NCBI GenBank assembly: GCA_964187785.1
Contig: OZ076412.1
Coordinates: forward strand, 25,048,001-25,112,000
Direction: 5' to 3'
DNA: 64,000 bases
Source of the DNA: Amphiscolops sp. MND2022
Taxonomy: Eukaryota
A program made the translations under genes and the position numbers. The notes under the pieces were generated by a model. The model had not been told where the DNA came from. It saw only the letters and a list, made by a program, of their open reading frames with translations, and searched no databases. Below, one piece after another: positions 1 to 12,900 of the stretch (positions within the stretch are counted from its first letter, which is position 1; the number at the start of each line of letters is the position of its first letter).

Positions 1-600
1 AAGGAGACAGAGGTTCAAACATTCTGGGCTATATCGGAATTTTCCTTGTTACATCCGAACTTAATTGGGTTCTACTAAGGAGAACGCGGAAGTTCAAAAA
101 TATTGCGCTAGATCTGATTTTTTTGACGTTAGATTCAAAGTAAATTGCGTTTTACTGATCAGAAGGAGGAGATATTAAAAAACGTTACAATTAGATCCAG
201 CACATTTTTATATCCGAAGTAAATTGCGGAGGTTAAAAATACTGGGCTCATATGAACATTTGACGTTGTAGTCGAAGTAAATCGGTAAATCGCTTTTTAC
301 TGAGAAGGAGGCGGAGGTGCGAAAAAGCGTTTCCATTTGGCCCAGCACGTTAAATTCCAACTTTTATCGCATTATCCGATGTAAAATGCCTTTTACAAAA
401 GAGGAGGCGGAAGTTGGAACTAATTGAGCTACATCTGATTTTTTGACGTTATATTCGAAATAAAATGTGTTTTACTGCGGACGAGGCGGAGGTTCGAATG
501 TTATTTGTTTTGATGTTTTGTTACCTTCAAAAGTCGCAGAAAAGCACGGTATCTGAAGTTTTGACACAATATCCGAAGTAATTGAGAAAAATTACTGGTG
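1..600. repeat. Degenerate minisatellite-like repeat (GGAGGCGGAGGTTC...TTGACGTTATATCCGAAGTAAA units)
   Basis: About 5 diverged copies of the motif pair; related pieces at ~56470-56640 and reverse-complemented at ~60960-61050. Confidence 0.6.
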
Positions 601-639
601 AGAATAAAAGCAAAATTTACTTTTAAGGCCCAAGAGTTC

Positions 640-1900
640 GCCCTTTGTACTTTTTTTGGTTCTGTGCAATTGCAAAATTATTCAAAAGACAACCCTGGAC
701 GCTTTCGTTCTTTTTGAGTTTTAAGTCGGGGCCGACTGATGCCGTTCCTGGCCTGTTGTGTATTTTACCTTTTAGCGCAATTACGTTGAACGGCATAAAT
801 GAAAAGTTATATGAAACGAAATTTGAAGCAGATCCGGGAATTCGATCCCGTACGAAAGCCAATGTAACACCTTACAAATGCGCCACCACGAGTCATCCTT
901 TTTCTCATATGAAAAGACCATTTCGCTCAAAGTTGGGTTTCAGAAAGATTCCATATTGGCTTCATTATACAATAGTTTTGTTTCCTTCCTAGGAAAAATA
1001 TCTTGCCTGGTGAATATTGTTCGATGTTTCACACTGCTAATGTCAGTACTGTTGGTGTAAACTCATCGATTTTCCTAAATTTAGAGTTGTTTACAGAACT
1101 GAACAATTAATGAGAAAGACTAAATTCGTTGATTGTACCATTTATTTTAAAACTTAATCTTCTTCATGTTTCATGCTTATCGAGCGTTTTTAGTCGGGCT
1201 TTTTGTGTAAACAAAAATGGCCGACTCTCACAGGGACTCTTTTTTTCTCGTTTTTTGTCGTTACTCGACAACTCAAAACTTTTGGTTCTAGTGGTTTTTT
1301 GCGGCATTGTAAGACTTTTTTCCTCTTGGGTTATTTTGGTAGTCAGCAACAAACTGGATGATAAAGAAGCCAATTGGGTCCCCTCTTTTGCGTTTTTCGA
1401 CATCATGAGAAATTCTTCGAGGTTTTTGTTTATGCTTGCAAGGGTAGAAGGAGGACCAAAGGATCCTCCCCTCTTTGGGGTTTTTCGGTACTATGCGATT
1501 TTTCTAAAAAAAAATTAAACAACAGAGTTGCCCTCCTTCAATACAGAAACAAAGCATTTTGCGAGCACAGACGGCTGCTTAGATTTCTCGGCACTGTAAC
1601 TTATCGAAAGCGTTATTTGAAAAAAATTGAAACTAAAATAAATTGAAAAGAAAGTCCCACCCAATTTTCGGGTTTTAGAGGTTTTAAGGAAATTCATTTT
1701 CCAAGCCTTAAGAGTGTCATCTTCTATTATTTTGTGGTATTGTAGCACTGATGAGAGTTTTCTCAAGGCCTGTGGAAAAGACCTACGATTTTTCCACCGA
1801 GTTGCCCTACTTCAATACAGAAACAAAGCGTTTAGCGAGCACAGAGGGCTCCTCGGATTTCTCGGCACTATGCGACTTATCTTTTTTGCTCTCTTTTTTT
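640..1900 (+). mobile_element. Degenerate pieces of the dominant Helentron-like modular repeat (family HINE-A)
   Basis: Repeated GGGTCCCCTCTTT / TTTTTCGGCACT modules; diverged terminal module GCCGACTGATGCCGTTCCTGGCCTGTT at 731-757. Confidence 0.55.
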
Positions 1901-2020
1901 GTCACTGACCATACCACTGAGCTAGGGAACAAGGATTCGCTCGAGGCCGACTAGCATTGAGTTAGCAAAGCTGCGAACCGTCCAATACAGGTCGAAAGTT
2001 CTACCCGCTATACGCTCTCC
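1901..2020 (-). mobile_element. tRNA-derived SINE-like repeat, diverged copy
   Basis: Aligns colinearly by eye with 34133-34262 (GTCACTGACCAT(A/G)CCACT(G/A)AGCTAGG ... CGAACC ... CAGG ... TCTA(A/C)CC). Confidence 0.55.
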
Positions 2021-5000
2021 TTCAAAAATACCCAGTCCCTTTTACAAACTAAAACAGCGGATTGTGTAGCAGAAACCCAACCAGAACCACGGGGCTCATC
2101 ACACGCTGGTTCAACTTAATCAAAATTGCGAAAGTTTGTTTGTGTATTGAAACTAAAGGGGATGGCCTGTGTATGAAAAAAGTTGATCGGACGTTGATGA
2201 AATCATTTTCAGGGCTCTATCAACGAGTCATGTAAGAGTGACAATTCTGTGATCGCTAATTTGGTCTTTCAAGGTTTTCGCTAGACATACAAACATCATT
2301 TAAAAAGAATCCCAAAGTGAACTTCAACGCAAAAAAAAATTGAAAAGTTGTTTTGTCTGCAATGTTTGATGAGTTACGTGGTCTTGGTCTGGAAACATGC
2401 TGATTTCTGAATCTTTCTCTTTTGTAGAGATTGGTTGGAACATGTGGAACTTTTAGCGTTTCAGAGAAAAGTCCTTTTCGTTTTGGGCCAATCACAGACG
2501 ACAGACATAACTATGTTAATCGGGTGTTTAGACTCGTCGGATTAGTAAAAGCAGCTAAAAAAGTTGATTGTAGCGCGTTTTGTTATTTCTTATTAGTCAA
2601 ACATTGTGTTTACAAAGTAGACGATACTTTTCAACACATAAATACAAATTAGAAATGACGCCAGCGATGGAATTGATCGAATCGACTAAGTGAGAGTTGT
2701 CCCCTTAGAGCGAATTTTGCGTCCCTCGTTTGGATCCACTCATGAAAAACCAACCATCACAAATCTTCAAACCCCCAAACGGTGTTTCTCAAAGACTATT
2801 GAGACTATTGATCCTGGAGAACTGAAATTTGGCACACGTAACCTGCGCTGTTATGCTACTTGTTTATGAAAACGGAACCGAGCAAGGAACCCCCAGTCCC
2901 GGGCTATTATACACAGAAGTGAGGTACGTCGGCCCGTGCGAAAACGTCAGCGACGCAAGGAATAAGTCATATTTTATATGGAATTGATAGCCCATAGGAT
3001 ATTGAGACAATGGGGTATAATTTCCAGACCCTACGACGCGTGAAGCAGGATCACGGACCCCATGTTAACAAACCCCGAAAGATATGTTAATCGCCACCAG
3101 TCGACCTCAGGATCAAGAAACTTACCTAAGATGTTCACATTTCAATCCTAAGTATAAGACCTGAATATACATTCCTCGGCCCATGGCGTCCGGAGCAAAC
3201 TTTGTTAAAGACACGCGGGACCGGACGCGCGTGCCCGACCGATTAAGGACATTTGACCCTGGCTTGTAATACCTCTAACGAACCGCAATAACGGGAAAAT
3301 TCGACTTTCTAGTGTGAATCAAACCGTGTTGGTGGCCCATGCGGTGGTACCTGCCTTAAGTAAACAAAACGATACGCATATATTGTAACCTGGCAACTGT
3401 TAGCCCTAGGACGATATAACTTGCCATGTAGCGACATTAGATGTTAGATGACTACAAATGGCTTCAAGGTCACAGAAGGATCTCAAGGTCATTTTAGATA
3501 CAACACTTGAATATGCAGAAAACCTTACTTAAAAGCTGCAAGTCAGCGTCGTCGATAATTTTAGCATTTCAGTCAGGTGAAAAGATTCTAGATGCATCGC
3601 AGTTAGAATGATGAAAAGTATCCCTTACAAGCAGTGATTAGTTAAACATGTAACTGAAGGTCATTGAGCAATTCTCCCAATTTTAGAAATTTTTTCGGTT
3701 ACTTGAAGTATCTTAGATTGTGGACTTCAAACAAGACGAGGAATTATTTGTCGTTGGCGGCAGGGAACGTTTGGCGAAATAGAACTTGTGGCATTCGCTA
3801 TGCCATAAAACAAATATGAAAATCAGAAGGTAAAAGAATGTAAACTTAAGACGCCGACGCCTAATTACGAAAATTCCAAGTATAATGAAATGTGAAGATG
3901 AGATCACCAGAATCATGTGCGATTGATAAACACAATTCAGACGGAATTGGGTTATACTGGAAGACACAACCGAGTTAGAGAGCTACAGCAAGTTGAGCCT
4001 CGAGACAGGGGCAAGAAACTTGGCTTAGCGAAAAAAAACTGGTTCGTCGCTAACATTGTGAGCTAGTGATAGAAATTCTAAACTTCGAGGACTTGTGTTT
4101 TGCATTACCGCACAGCTGGCTGATTTGCAATTCGGTGTTGTTTAGTGATTATTGTTAAAGGACCAGATTTTAATTTTTCCTAATAAAAAGTACGTAGATT
4201 ATTACTCCAACTTCATTAGTCAATTCAAGAAAGCTGAATAACTTGAGCTACGGGAGAGATTTCGCACACACGCTAGAAAGAGCCGAACTTACCCACCAAA
4301 ACCTTTTTTTCTGATAGAGTTAGATTCTTGGGAATTTCTCTCCGCCATTGCAATCTTAGTTTTCTACAGAACAGTTTTTGTCCTCGTAGCTGTTTCGTCT
4401 ACGACATTATGAGGCAATTATGACATCTTTACCCATAATTTGTATCACCCCTCAAAAATATTCGATCAACGTGAGTAGTTTGAAATTATTTAGGCAATCT
4501 AATTAGTTTGGTTGGTGTAACGATCTCATCTCAACTTAGCGGTCAACTGATCTCGGAGTTTAAAACCACTCTACTTCATGCATTTCAGTATTCTCTCTGT
4601 TAGTTGTCTTCGCTGTGCAAGAGGGTGATTATTTTGAGGCGCCTATTGTGGGAGTGCGGGAATTGAGGAGAAGATCCCGATTATGTTTGAAGAAAATATT
4701 TTTTCACTTGAAATGTACTACAAGTGAGTGTAACTTTCTGTTCGATAAATTTAGCGCTTTGTGAAATAAAACGCAATCTTTATGGTGATCTTCCATCTTG
4801 TTTCATTTTAATCCGGTCTAAATGAGAAGTGATCAAAAAAGTTATACAAAACTTTCTACAAACCTAAGATCAAAAGAATCTAGAAGTGACGAGAGTTTCC
4901 AGCGTTCATTTTGTTCAAATGGTCATTTAAATACTACGTTCGGTGATGTTTTTTTACGGTGCGACATCTTTCAATTTCTGATTCCTCATAAAGATTCTCG

Positions 5001-7749
5001 CACTGGTTTTTTCAGATGTTTTCAAATAGGAAAGGACTTTTTCAGCCCAAAGGGTCCTTACATCTAAGTTTTTCTAAAACAGAGAAATTTTGAGAGTTTT
5101 CTAAGAACTGTTTCCACAACAATTTGAATTACTTTGCGGTTTTGAGCGTTAAACGGGGCGCCAACGTATGCGGTTCCCGGCTTGTTCATACCAAAGTTCT
5201 TAATATGATATTTTCTTTTCTCAAAGTGGTCTGGTCTGCAGGCAAATACAGTAGTGATATTTCTAGAAGCAACGCAAGGCAAATCTCAAAATCGAATATC
5301 TTTAAAACAGCAGCGATTTTTGAAAAATGATAAAAGTGAAAGTTTCTAAGATTTTTATCTAGTTTGCAATTATGTTTTTTTTGAAGGTTATGCGATGAAA
5401 ATTGTAGAAGTTACGATAGGCCATTTTTAACCAAATTTAGTTCAAAATTGAGGTTTTTCTCACTTTTAGTCAACTTTTGCTTGAAATTTTAGAGAAATTT
5501 TATGTGCAATAGACTCCCCTGATTTAACTGAAGCTCTTGATATGTTTTGATTTAGAAATCATCCAAAAATGGTAGAAAAAATACGCTGTACATTAAGACT
5601 TTTTCGAAAATACATGTATTAAGATACGATTTCGAAGTTTAACAACTTAAAACAAGCTCATACTGATGCAATTTAGAATATTCGTGTGAAAAAATTATAT
5701 GGTCAGACTCGAAATGTTTGGGAGAATTTTTCTGTCAAAATTATTTTGAAATCAAAAAATTGTAAGTGGGTCAAAAATTCAAAAATCTAAAAAATGATGT
5801 TTTGGAAATCGCTCTTGACCTTGATTGAAAGCGCGTGAGACCTTGATTAGCCAATGATATTTGTTTATTTGCTTTCTTTTCGCGTGCTATGTTGCTTCTT
5901 CTAGAATCACTACTGTACATGCAGAGAAAAATACCAGAATCAAAAACTTTTTTTCTTGAAACTTATTTCAAGAGTTTTACATTCATCGTCATAAGTTTTC
6001 GTTTTAATTTCGATTGTTTTAACACTTCGACAATACATTTCCGTGGTTAATTTTAGTTTGTTTAAAGGTATAGAAGTTATTGTTCGAAATACTTCATATT
6101 AACATCATTCCAAAATAATATATCTCTCATATACCCGCAGAAAGGTTTTCAAAATTTTTCAGAAAGTTCTGATTCTTCACAGCGATGCACCTTCTTAATT
6201 TCTAGGTTCCTAAAATTATCTGTTTGCTAGACCTTCATAATTTTCAATATAGATCTCTTCCTGTCAATGGAATCGTGGTTAATTCCTTCCTGTTATCTAA
6301 GCTGATAGTTGAAGGTCTTCACAACAAAAGGAACAAAAGGGAGTTGACGAGCTACCCCTTGAAGTATTGTGAGGATCTCAACTTTTCAGGAGATTAATGA
6401 AAACCCTCTGGCATCGTATCGAAGAAATGAGTTTGTTCAAGGTCCATAATCTTCAAATGACGTCATTGGTCACTTATAATCATGGAAAAACGCCTCTGAA
6501 ATTTAACCTAAATAAACAGCTCGTTTTTGCCCGAAGGTTACGCAAAAAATAAAAACTATTAGAGAATATTTATACCTTATAATATATAGTTTCATCACTG
6601 AGTTAGTTCTCAGGTCTGTTAAACGTTTTGCACAAACAACAATACAATGTAAAATAAAAAAGATATCTGATATCTGTATCGATCATGTTATGTTGTTCAT
6701 TTTTCAACATCTAACTAATTTATAACCTTTTCTGATATTAGAGAAAAAATAGAAAACATTGAATTGCATCTGAGGCCAAACAGCAAATCATGTGCAACTG
6801 TTAATAATGCTCTGAAAATGAATTTCCAACAGAGCATTGTAGTGTCATGGAGCAAAACACGATTTGAAACTGGCATTGACTGCTAAAACATGAATGAAAA
6901 ACACCGGCGAGAAAAACATTCAGTATTCGAAGAACCAGAGCGATATTAGGGCGCTGGTGTAACAGTTGTACATATCATATAACATTAGATCCCAGTGGCC
7001 TAGTTATACAATCAGCTTTAGTTTCTGAATCATAGTTAGCCTGTGAAATTCGATCGTAAATGATTGCAATCTCCGGTTCAATTATTTTGGCTATACTTTA
7101 TTTAATTCTAAAACTGATTTGATAGCATACTCTGCGCAAAAAAACTTTGTAAAACTTTGGGAAAATTGCCAGGATCGAAGTTTCTTTAGCTATAATTAAC
7201 TGCGCCAATATAGTTCGGCTGATGCGTTCAAGCAACTCCTTTGCTTCTACAAAACCTAACTTGAAAAATTTAGCATGAGTTTACTGCACGACATAATAAA
7301 AAGGAAAAAATCATCTAAAAAGTGAAAAAATGTAACCAAAAAAAATCAAAATTTGCAATATATATCATTAATCAGTGTCAGAACGCATTGACGTCTCAAC
7401 ATTTCGGACGTTTTCACCGTTCTCTTCTCTACTGTTAGAAAGGAATTCTCAGAAAGGGCTTTCACCATGCTTGCCAATTCCCCAATTTGGCGATTCATAT
7501 CCACGAATCTCTATTCTATCCTGATTCTCTCATGATCTCTTTCATGAGTTCGGATAGCTTCTTCGTTGTGTTACCCAATACCCAGGTAACAACCAGTCCC
7601 GATATCTTCACTTCTTATACCATTTATCTACCTTTCATACCGTAAATAAATTCAATTAAATATCAATTAAATTTCTCTTGCTCTGAGATAAAACCCCAAC
7701 CTTCAATAGCTTGAACTCTATTATTGAGTTCGCTCAAAAAATTCAAGTT

Positions 7750-7753
<4 letters not shown>

Positions 7754-7795
<42 letters not shown>
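7754..7795. repeat. (CT)21 microsatellite
   Basis: Direct reading. Confidence 0.97.
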
Positions 7796-7797
<2 letters not shown>

Positions 7798-8249
7798 AGT
7801 TTCCGCGTTGTAGCTTTTTGACAGCTACTCTGAAATATTGAACTTGTTTGTCTGGTGAAATCTTTTTGATACCTCGTTCCATAACCCAGTTCCAAATGTT
7901 TTTAAAAATATGAAAACTCTTATACTGGAACCCCTGACTACTGTTTCTCCAACTGAGACTGTCCACTCTACTTGAATGGGAAAATTGAACGAAATCCTCA
8001 ACGACTAAATTTGTCAGGCACCCGCAAAAACAGCGAATAGATTGGGTAGCAACACTTTCGGCGTTCTAAAAGCCTGCCTTTGTATAATCTTATTGATCAT
8101 GTTATCTCTATTTTAAATAATTTTCCGAAAATAAAGGTATGAAATAACTGCATTATAGAAATACTCATGCGTTTCATATCGTTACTGATGGAAACGCCAA
8201 CCTTTCGTGAAGGCAAATAAACAAACTATGTGGTGACAACTTAGTTGGA

Positions 8250-9116
8250 CAAATTTCTCGCGAGCATCAAGTCTTTTTGTTTTATTAAAATTTTTAAGCT
8301 TTCAAAAGTAGATGGTAGACCAGAGGGTCCCCCTTTCGGGTTTTTTGGCACTATACAGTTTTTATCGATATTTTGTAAACAGAAGTGCCCCTTTGTTTTT
8401 TGCGTTTTGCGAGCAAAGAGTGACACCTTGGGTTTTTTCGGGACCATGCGATTTAACGAACATTTTTTTTATTTTGTTTCAAAAAAAGATTTCGAAACAA
8501 ATTTTCAACGGACTTTTTGATTCCAAAGGTTTACTGTGAAGACAACCTCACTTGAGGGTTCTACGTGTGACCTCTTTGAATTTTTTGTGGTCCTGTGAAA
8601 CTCATGAAAGGTTTTGCAATTATGTGACAAAAGAGTACAAGTTTTTCGGCTTTATTCGACTCTTCAGAGAAAAACGTAAGTTGGTCAAAGAGTACCCCTT
8701 TCACTTTTGAATGAATTTTCAACATGGAAAAATTGTTTTGCAAATTTAAATGGCCTCGGTTTTAGATTTTTCGGCACTGTAAGATTTTCCAAAAAAAATT
8801 GATTTTTTCGAAGTTTCAAGTTAGTGTAAAAGTCGAGTCCCATGGGTATCTTTTTGGGTATTTTTCGTCACTGTAAATTTATTTGATGGCAATTTCATAA
8901 TAATGTCACTTCGCATATTGAAAACATTTCGTTTTTTGAACCTAAACCTGAACGCCGACTCGGATTGTTCTGTTCCTCCATGTTGACTTCCAAACCCAAG
9001 TTTGAAAGCACAGAAGACATTATTTTGGGTTTTTGAAAAAAAAACCAAAGAAAGACCTTGATTTTCGGATGAATTACAGAAATTGATATGATTGTGACAA
9101 ATTTTTTTGATATTTC
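8250..9116 (+). mobile_element. Internal modules of HINE-A repeat, interrupted at 9116 by the Gypsy insertion
   Basis: GGGTCCCCCTTTC / TTTTTGGCACTAT modules; similar sequence (GGGACCCTTT) resumes after 16490. Confidence 0.55.
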
Positions 9117-9170
9117 TGTTATCAGTCCATCCGTCAATTACCAGAGTCAACATTTAACCGCTTCCGAGTT
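9117..9170 (+). repeat. LTR1 (3'-truncated)
   Basis: TGTTAT..CATCCGTCAATTACCAGAGTCAACATTTAACC matches the 5' ends of the LTRs at 9777 and 16282. Confidence 0.8.
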
Positions 9171-9776
9171 ACGGGACCTCTGTTTCAGAGCGAGAAAAGG
9201 CAACGACGAGAAACGCTACCGGCAGCCTCAGCCGAAATCCCCAGAAAGAACCAACATTCTCTGAGAGGACTAGACGTCAAATACGGAAAATGGGGCGAAC
9301 TTCTGCGAGACATTCTGAACGCGAAACTACGGATTGTCCAAAAAAAGCGCACCGACACAGATTTGGAAGACGATGAAGACGACGACGAAGAAGAAGAAGA
9401 AATGCCGGAAGAAGCAGGAGTAGTATATGACACGTCAGAGAGAGGCGAAAGGTAGGGACCATTCCGGACCGATCCCGAGAATGATGCCATACAAATCCAT
9501 ACTGACGTAGAAATACATCAGAGTGCGAACTCGAATTTTAATATTAAACGGTCTAACCGAAGTGTCAATATAACGAAGAGGTAATGTCCCATATCGAGGG
9601 AACCTTTGCATGTGACTAACATGGTGTTGTTACAGGACTAATTTGGAGCTGCACAAGAGGTACTCCCCAATCACTGTATGAAATGGTGCAGAAGCCACAG
9701 AAAATTTCTCCCGGGCAACATGACACTGCCCAGTCCTTCGTAACGATTCTAGAGAAGCCCGAGAGAGAAACGGAAC

Positions 9777-9963
9777 TGTTATACGGTTCATCCGTCAATT
9801 ACCAGAGTAAACATTTAACCTCTACCGAGTTTGTTTACAAACAAAGTCAATTGATATAAAACTTTGCTATATCACTTTATGTTTTTTGTACGCTAGAGTT
9901 CATTTGATATATTAAGAAACTACTTTTGAGAACTGTTTTGTGTTACAAGTCTAGGATACAACA
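9777..9963 (+). repeat. LTR2 (shared middle LTR, 187 bp)
   Basis: Preceded by a purine tract (GAGAGAGAAACGGAAC) and followed by the PBS; roughly 90% identical to LTR3 apart from a ~21-bp indel. Confidence 0.85.
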
Positions 9964-9976
9964 TGGCGCAATCAGC
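9964..9976 (+). promoter_or_regulatory. Primer-binding site (probably tRNA-Ser)
   Basis: TGGCGCAATCAGC directly after the LTR end; nearly identical to the PBS at 46093. Confidence 0.75.
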
Positions 9977-9995
9977 AAGTTTTTAAATAAATTGA

Positions 9996-12900
9996 AACTT
10001 CCTAAACCAAAACCATGACAGAAAAAAATTCGTACTGAACCTAGAAGCGAAAGCGTCAGGCGGAAAGCCAATATTCACACGGAGACAGTGGTTGAAAAGA
10101 TTCCGGCAATTTACGAAACGGGAACATACAATCGACATCACACTGCTATTGAAAGGAGGAGATAACACAAACACCGAATGCACCGGGAAAAAGCTGCAAT
10201 TCAAAAATATTTTATTTGGGGAGTGGGACCGGAAGCCCTATCCCAAATAACCAGAGCCGAATACAAAACGGAGCCGGATAAAATAAAAATAAGAGAACTA
10301 AACCGTTTTTTTAACCGAACTTTACTTACGGAAACCGAACACAAACTACAACCGAGGCGATTTCTTTTGGGCTGAACAAGAGGAAAACGAAAAACCGGAA
10401 GCATTTTGGACAAACGTATATGACGGCGATCACCAAAACAATTACTGGGCAAAATGATGAAGGAAAAAGCTCTGGAAATGAAGAAAACGATTGAAGTGAT
10501 AAAAAAACACATACGAAAAGAAAGAAAAATGAAACAAACACAAAACCCGAAGCCCTTATTACAACAAAAAATCATTAAAAAAGAACCAAAGCAAAGAATG
10601 GAAAAGTTTGGTGCTAGACTGAAAACAATATTTACCGAAATCCGACCATGTAGATTTGCAATACACCGAACTGGAGCCCAATACACAAGTGCCCCAACAA
10701 TTGCGGGAAGAAGGGACATAATGCAAGGGCATGTCGGCAGAGAACAAACATTAACCGAACAAAGAGAAAACTTACTAAAAAGAAATAAAGGAACCGAACG
10801 AAACCCTCAGCGAATCCGATGAAAGTGTACACCACATAAAAGAAATAAAGAACATCGAAGAAAAAAAGGAACACTACACTGCGAAAATAAAAAGAAGGAA
10901 TGCAAAAAGAATCTGTGATCGACACCGGATCATCTGTAACGATAATGCCGTTTGACGAACGGATAGTGAATCAAACGGAAATACAGAAAATTACAAATCG
11001 TTACAAAGGTGGCAATAAAAACGAAGTGGAATTCCGGGGAAAACACAGGTGAACAGTGAATACGAAAACAACAAACAGAAACTGGAAAGTTTGGTTCCGA
11101 GAGAACCGATATAACACCAATATTGGGAATGGACTTGATGAAAAGATTCAGACTAACAATCAGAAGATTCCAATTGGCCGAAATTAAGCAGTCAAGAAAG
11201 GAGAGAATCTTTCACATACTCATCCCGTTACACCTACAAGGAGACGTAGGGAAAGAATTGGAGAAACTGATAAAAGCCGGACACCTCGGAAAAGTAAACT
11301 AACGTGAATGAGGATTGCTTTGAATCACGGTGGTAATAACGGTAAAGAGCGACAAATTGGGTAAAACAGCACTCGATTCCCGGAAACCAAATGACAGTTG
11401 CTTAAGGAAAAGACCACACAAGCCGAACAAGGAAGAAATATTGAATCAAATATCGGTAGAAAATACCCGAGACCGAATAGCATTTTTTATTTCAAAAATC
11501 GACTTTGAATTCGCTTACGGGCAAAAGAATCTATCAAAAGAATTAAGTGGCAAGTGCGTATTTGCAATTAACTGGGCTGCGGATATCATCAATCGATAAA
11601 GGGATTTTACGGGTTCGCCGAAATACCCACAATATTCCAAGAGAACACTAGTTTACTGTACATCGGCGTGCCTGGACGACATAAGAGTAGTAACACAACA
11701 CGAGGATACAAGCTAGAATACGAGAAGAAACTCTTCGACGTTTTAAACAAATTCGAAATTGCCGGTTACAGAGCGAGTAAAAGAAAATCAGAGTTCTTTT
11801 TGGAACAAACAAAATAGTTGGGACCTCAGATAGATGAAAACGGAAAAAGCGAATGGGGAAAAAGTTTTGAAATTGAAATCACCGCACAACACAAAGGAAT
11901 TAATATCATTCCTCAGTGCAATACAGGGTTTGGCGAAATTCTTACCGACAATTTTGGAATAAAAACAATTAGACTCGGAAACTTTATGAAGAAACATAAA
12001 CCATGGAAAAAAGGAAATGACCAAAAAAGGTTTCTTGCAAGTAAAACGAGTTTTAACTAACAAAGCATGCTTGGGCAATTGCGGAAACGATAAAGAAAAC
12101 CTAGTCACAATGGACCCAAGAAGACCGGACTTGGATTTACTCTTTGGCAGAAACAAAACAACGAAGACACTCAACTGATTGCATTCGGTAGTAGACATTT
12201 GAACGAATCCGAAAAGATAGTATTCCTTTAGTGAACTCGATCTACTGGCAGTAGTCGGTAGACTAGAAAAATCCGTATTTATTTTACGGAAAGGAAGTTA
12301 ATTTATGAACGGATCACCAAGCATTAAAACCGCTAATTAAACGTAACCGAAACAGTCAATAATATAGCTCAAGATTAACTGGGTGGTTGGGCAGATTGGC
12401 GCATTTCGATACCACAATTCAACACATCGCCAGCAGTAATCTGAAAATTACCTCAGCAGTAATCCGGTAGAGAGAGCCCGACCAAATACGACGAAAATTA
12501 CGTAATAAACATTCTACGCACAACTGAACACGCAGAATTTGACGCAAAATTTTTAGTTCGCAATTCGATAGCAAGTCGAATTCAAGAAAAGAAAAGACCG
12601 AAAAGGGACGGAAGCGGAACCGGAACAAAAATGAGCAAAAAAGAACCAATGACATACGGATAGAACATTCCAGAACAAAAACCACGTGAACAAATTCAAC
12701 GCAAACACAAATACTACATTGGGGTAGTCCGATATTAGCGCCGTGAAGAGCAGTTTAAATTCAAAAGTTACCATTACTAACATTAAAATGAGTCGCGAAA
12801 TCATGGAAGTTATCCGCAGAAAAAGTAAGAGTTTGGAGAGGAGGGTATTAGTCGAGAGGCGAGAAACACTAGCCAGGTCCGTAACAATGCGGAAAAATTA

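Noticed and set aside
623-1954. Phe/Lys-rich short ORFs here and at 8.2-9.1, 29.7-30.2, 36-45 and 53.7-64 kb
   Set aside because: They are translations of repeat modules with poly-A/T runs, with no domains or splice logic
2849-3505. GC-richer block with TGT...ACAACA ends as a solo LTR
   Set aside because: No TSD and no second copy in the window
6206-6400. Possible plus-strand terminal exon (VPKIICLLDL...FSGD)
   Set aside because: Supported only by an acceptor and an open frame; no linked exons
7400-7600. Minus-strand coiled-coil-like fragment resembling decayed gag
   Set aside because: Interrupted by stops, with no diagnostic motif or LTR
9625-9776. Alternative LTR start at TGTTGT (9625 and 16131)
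   Set aside because: No polypurine tract precedes it; the PPT and the LTR1/TSD boundary both point to TGTTAT at 9777 and 16282
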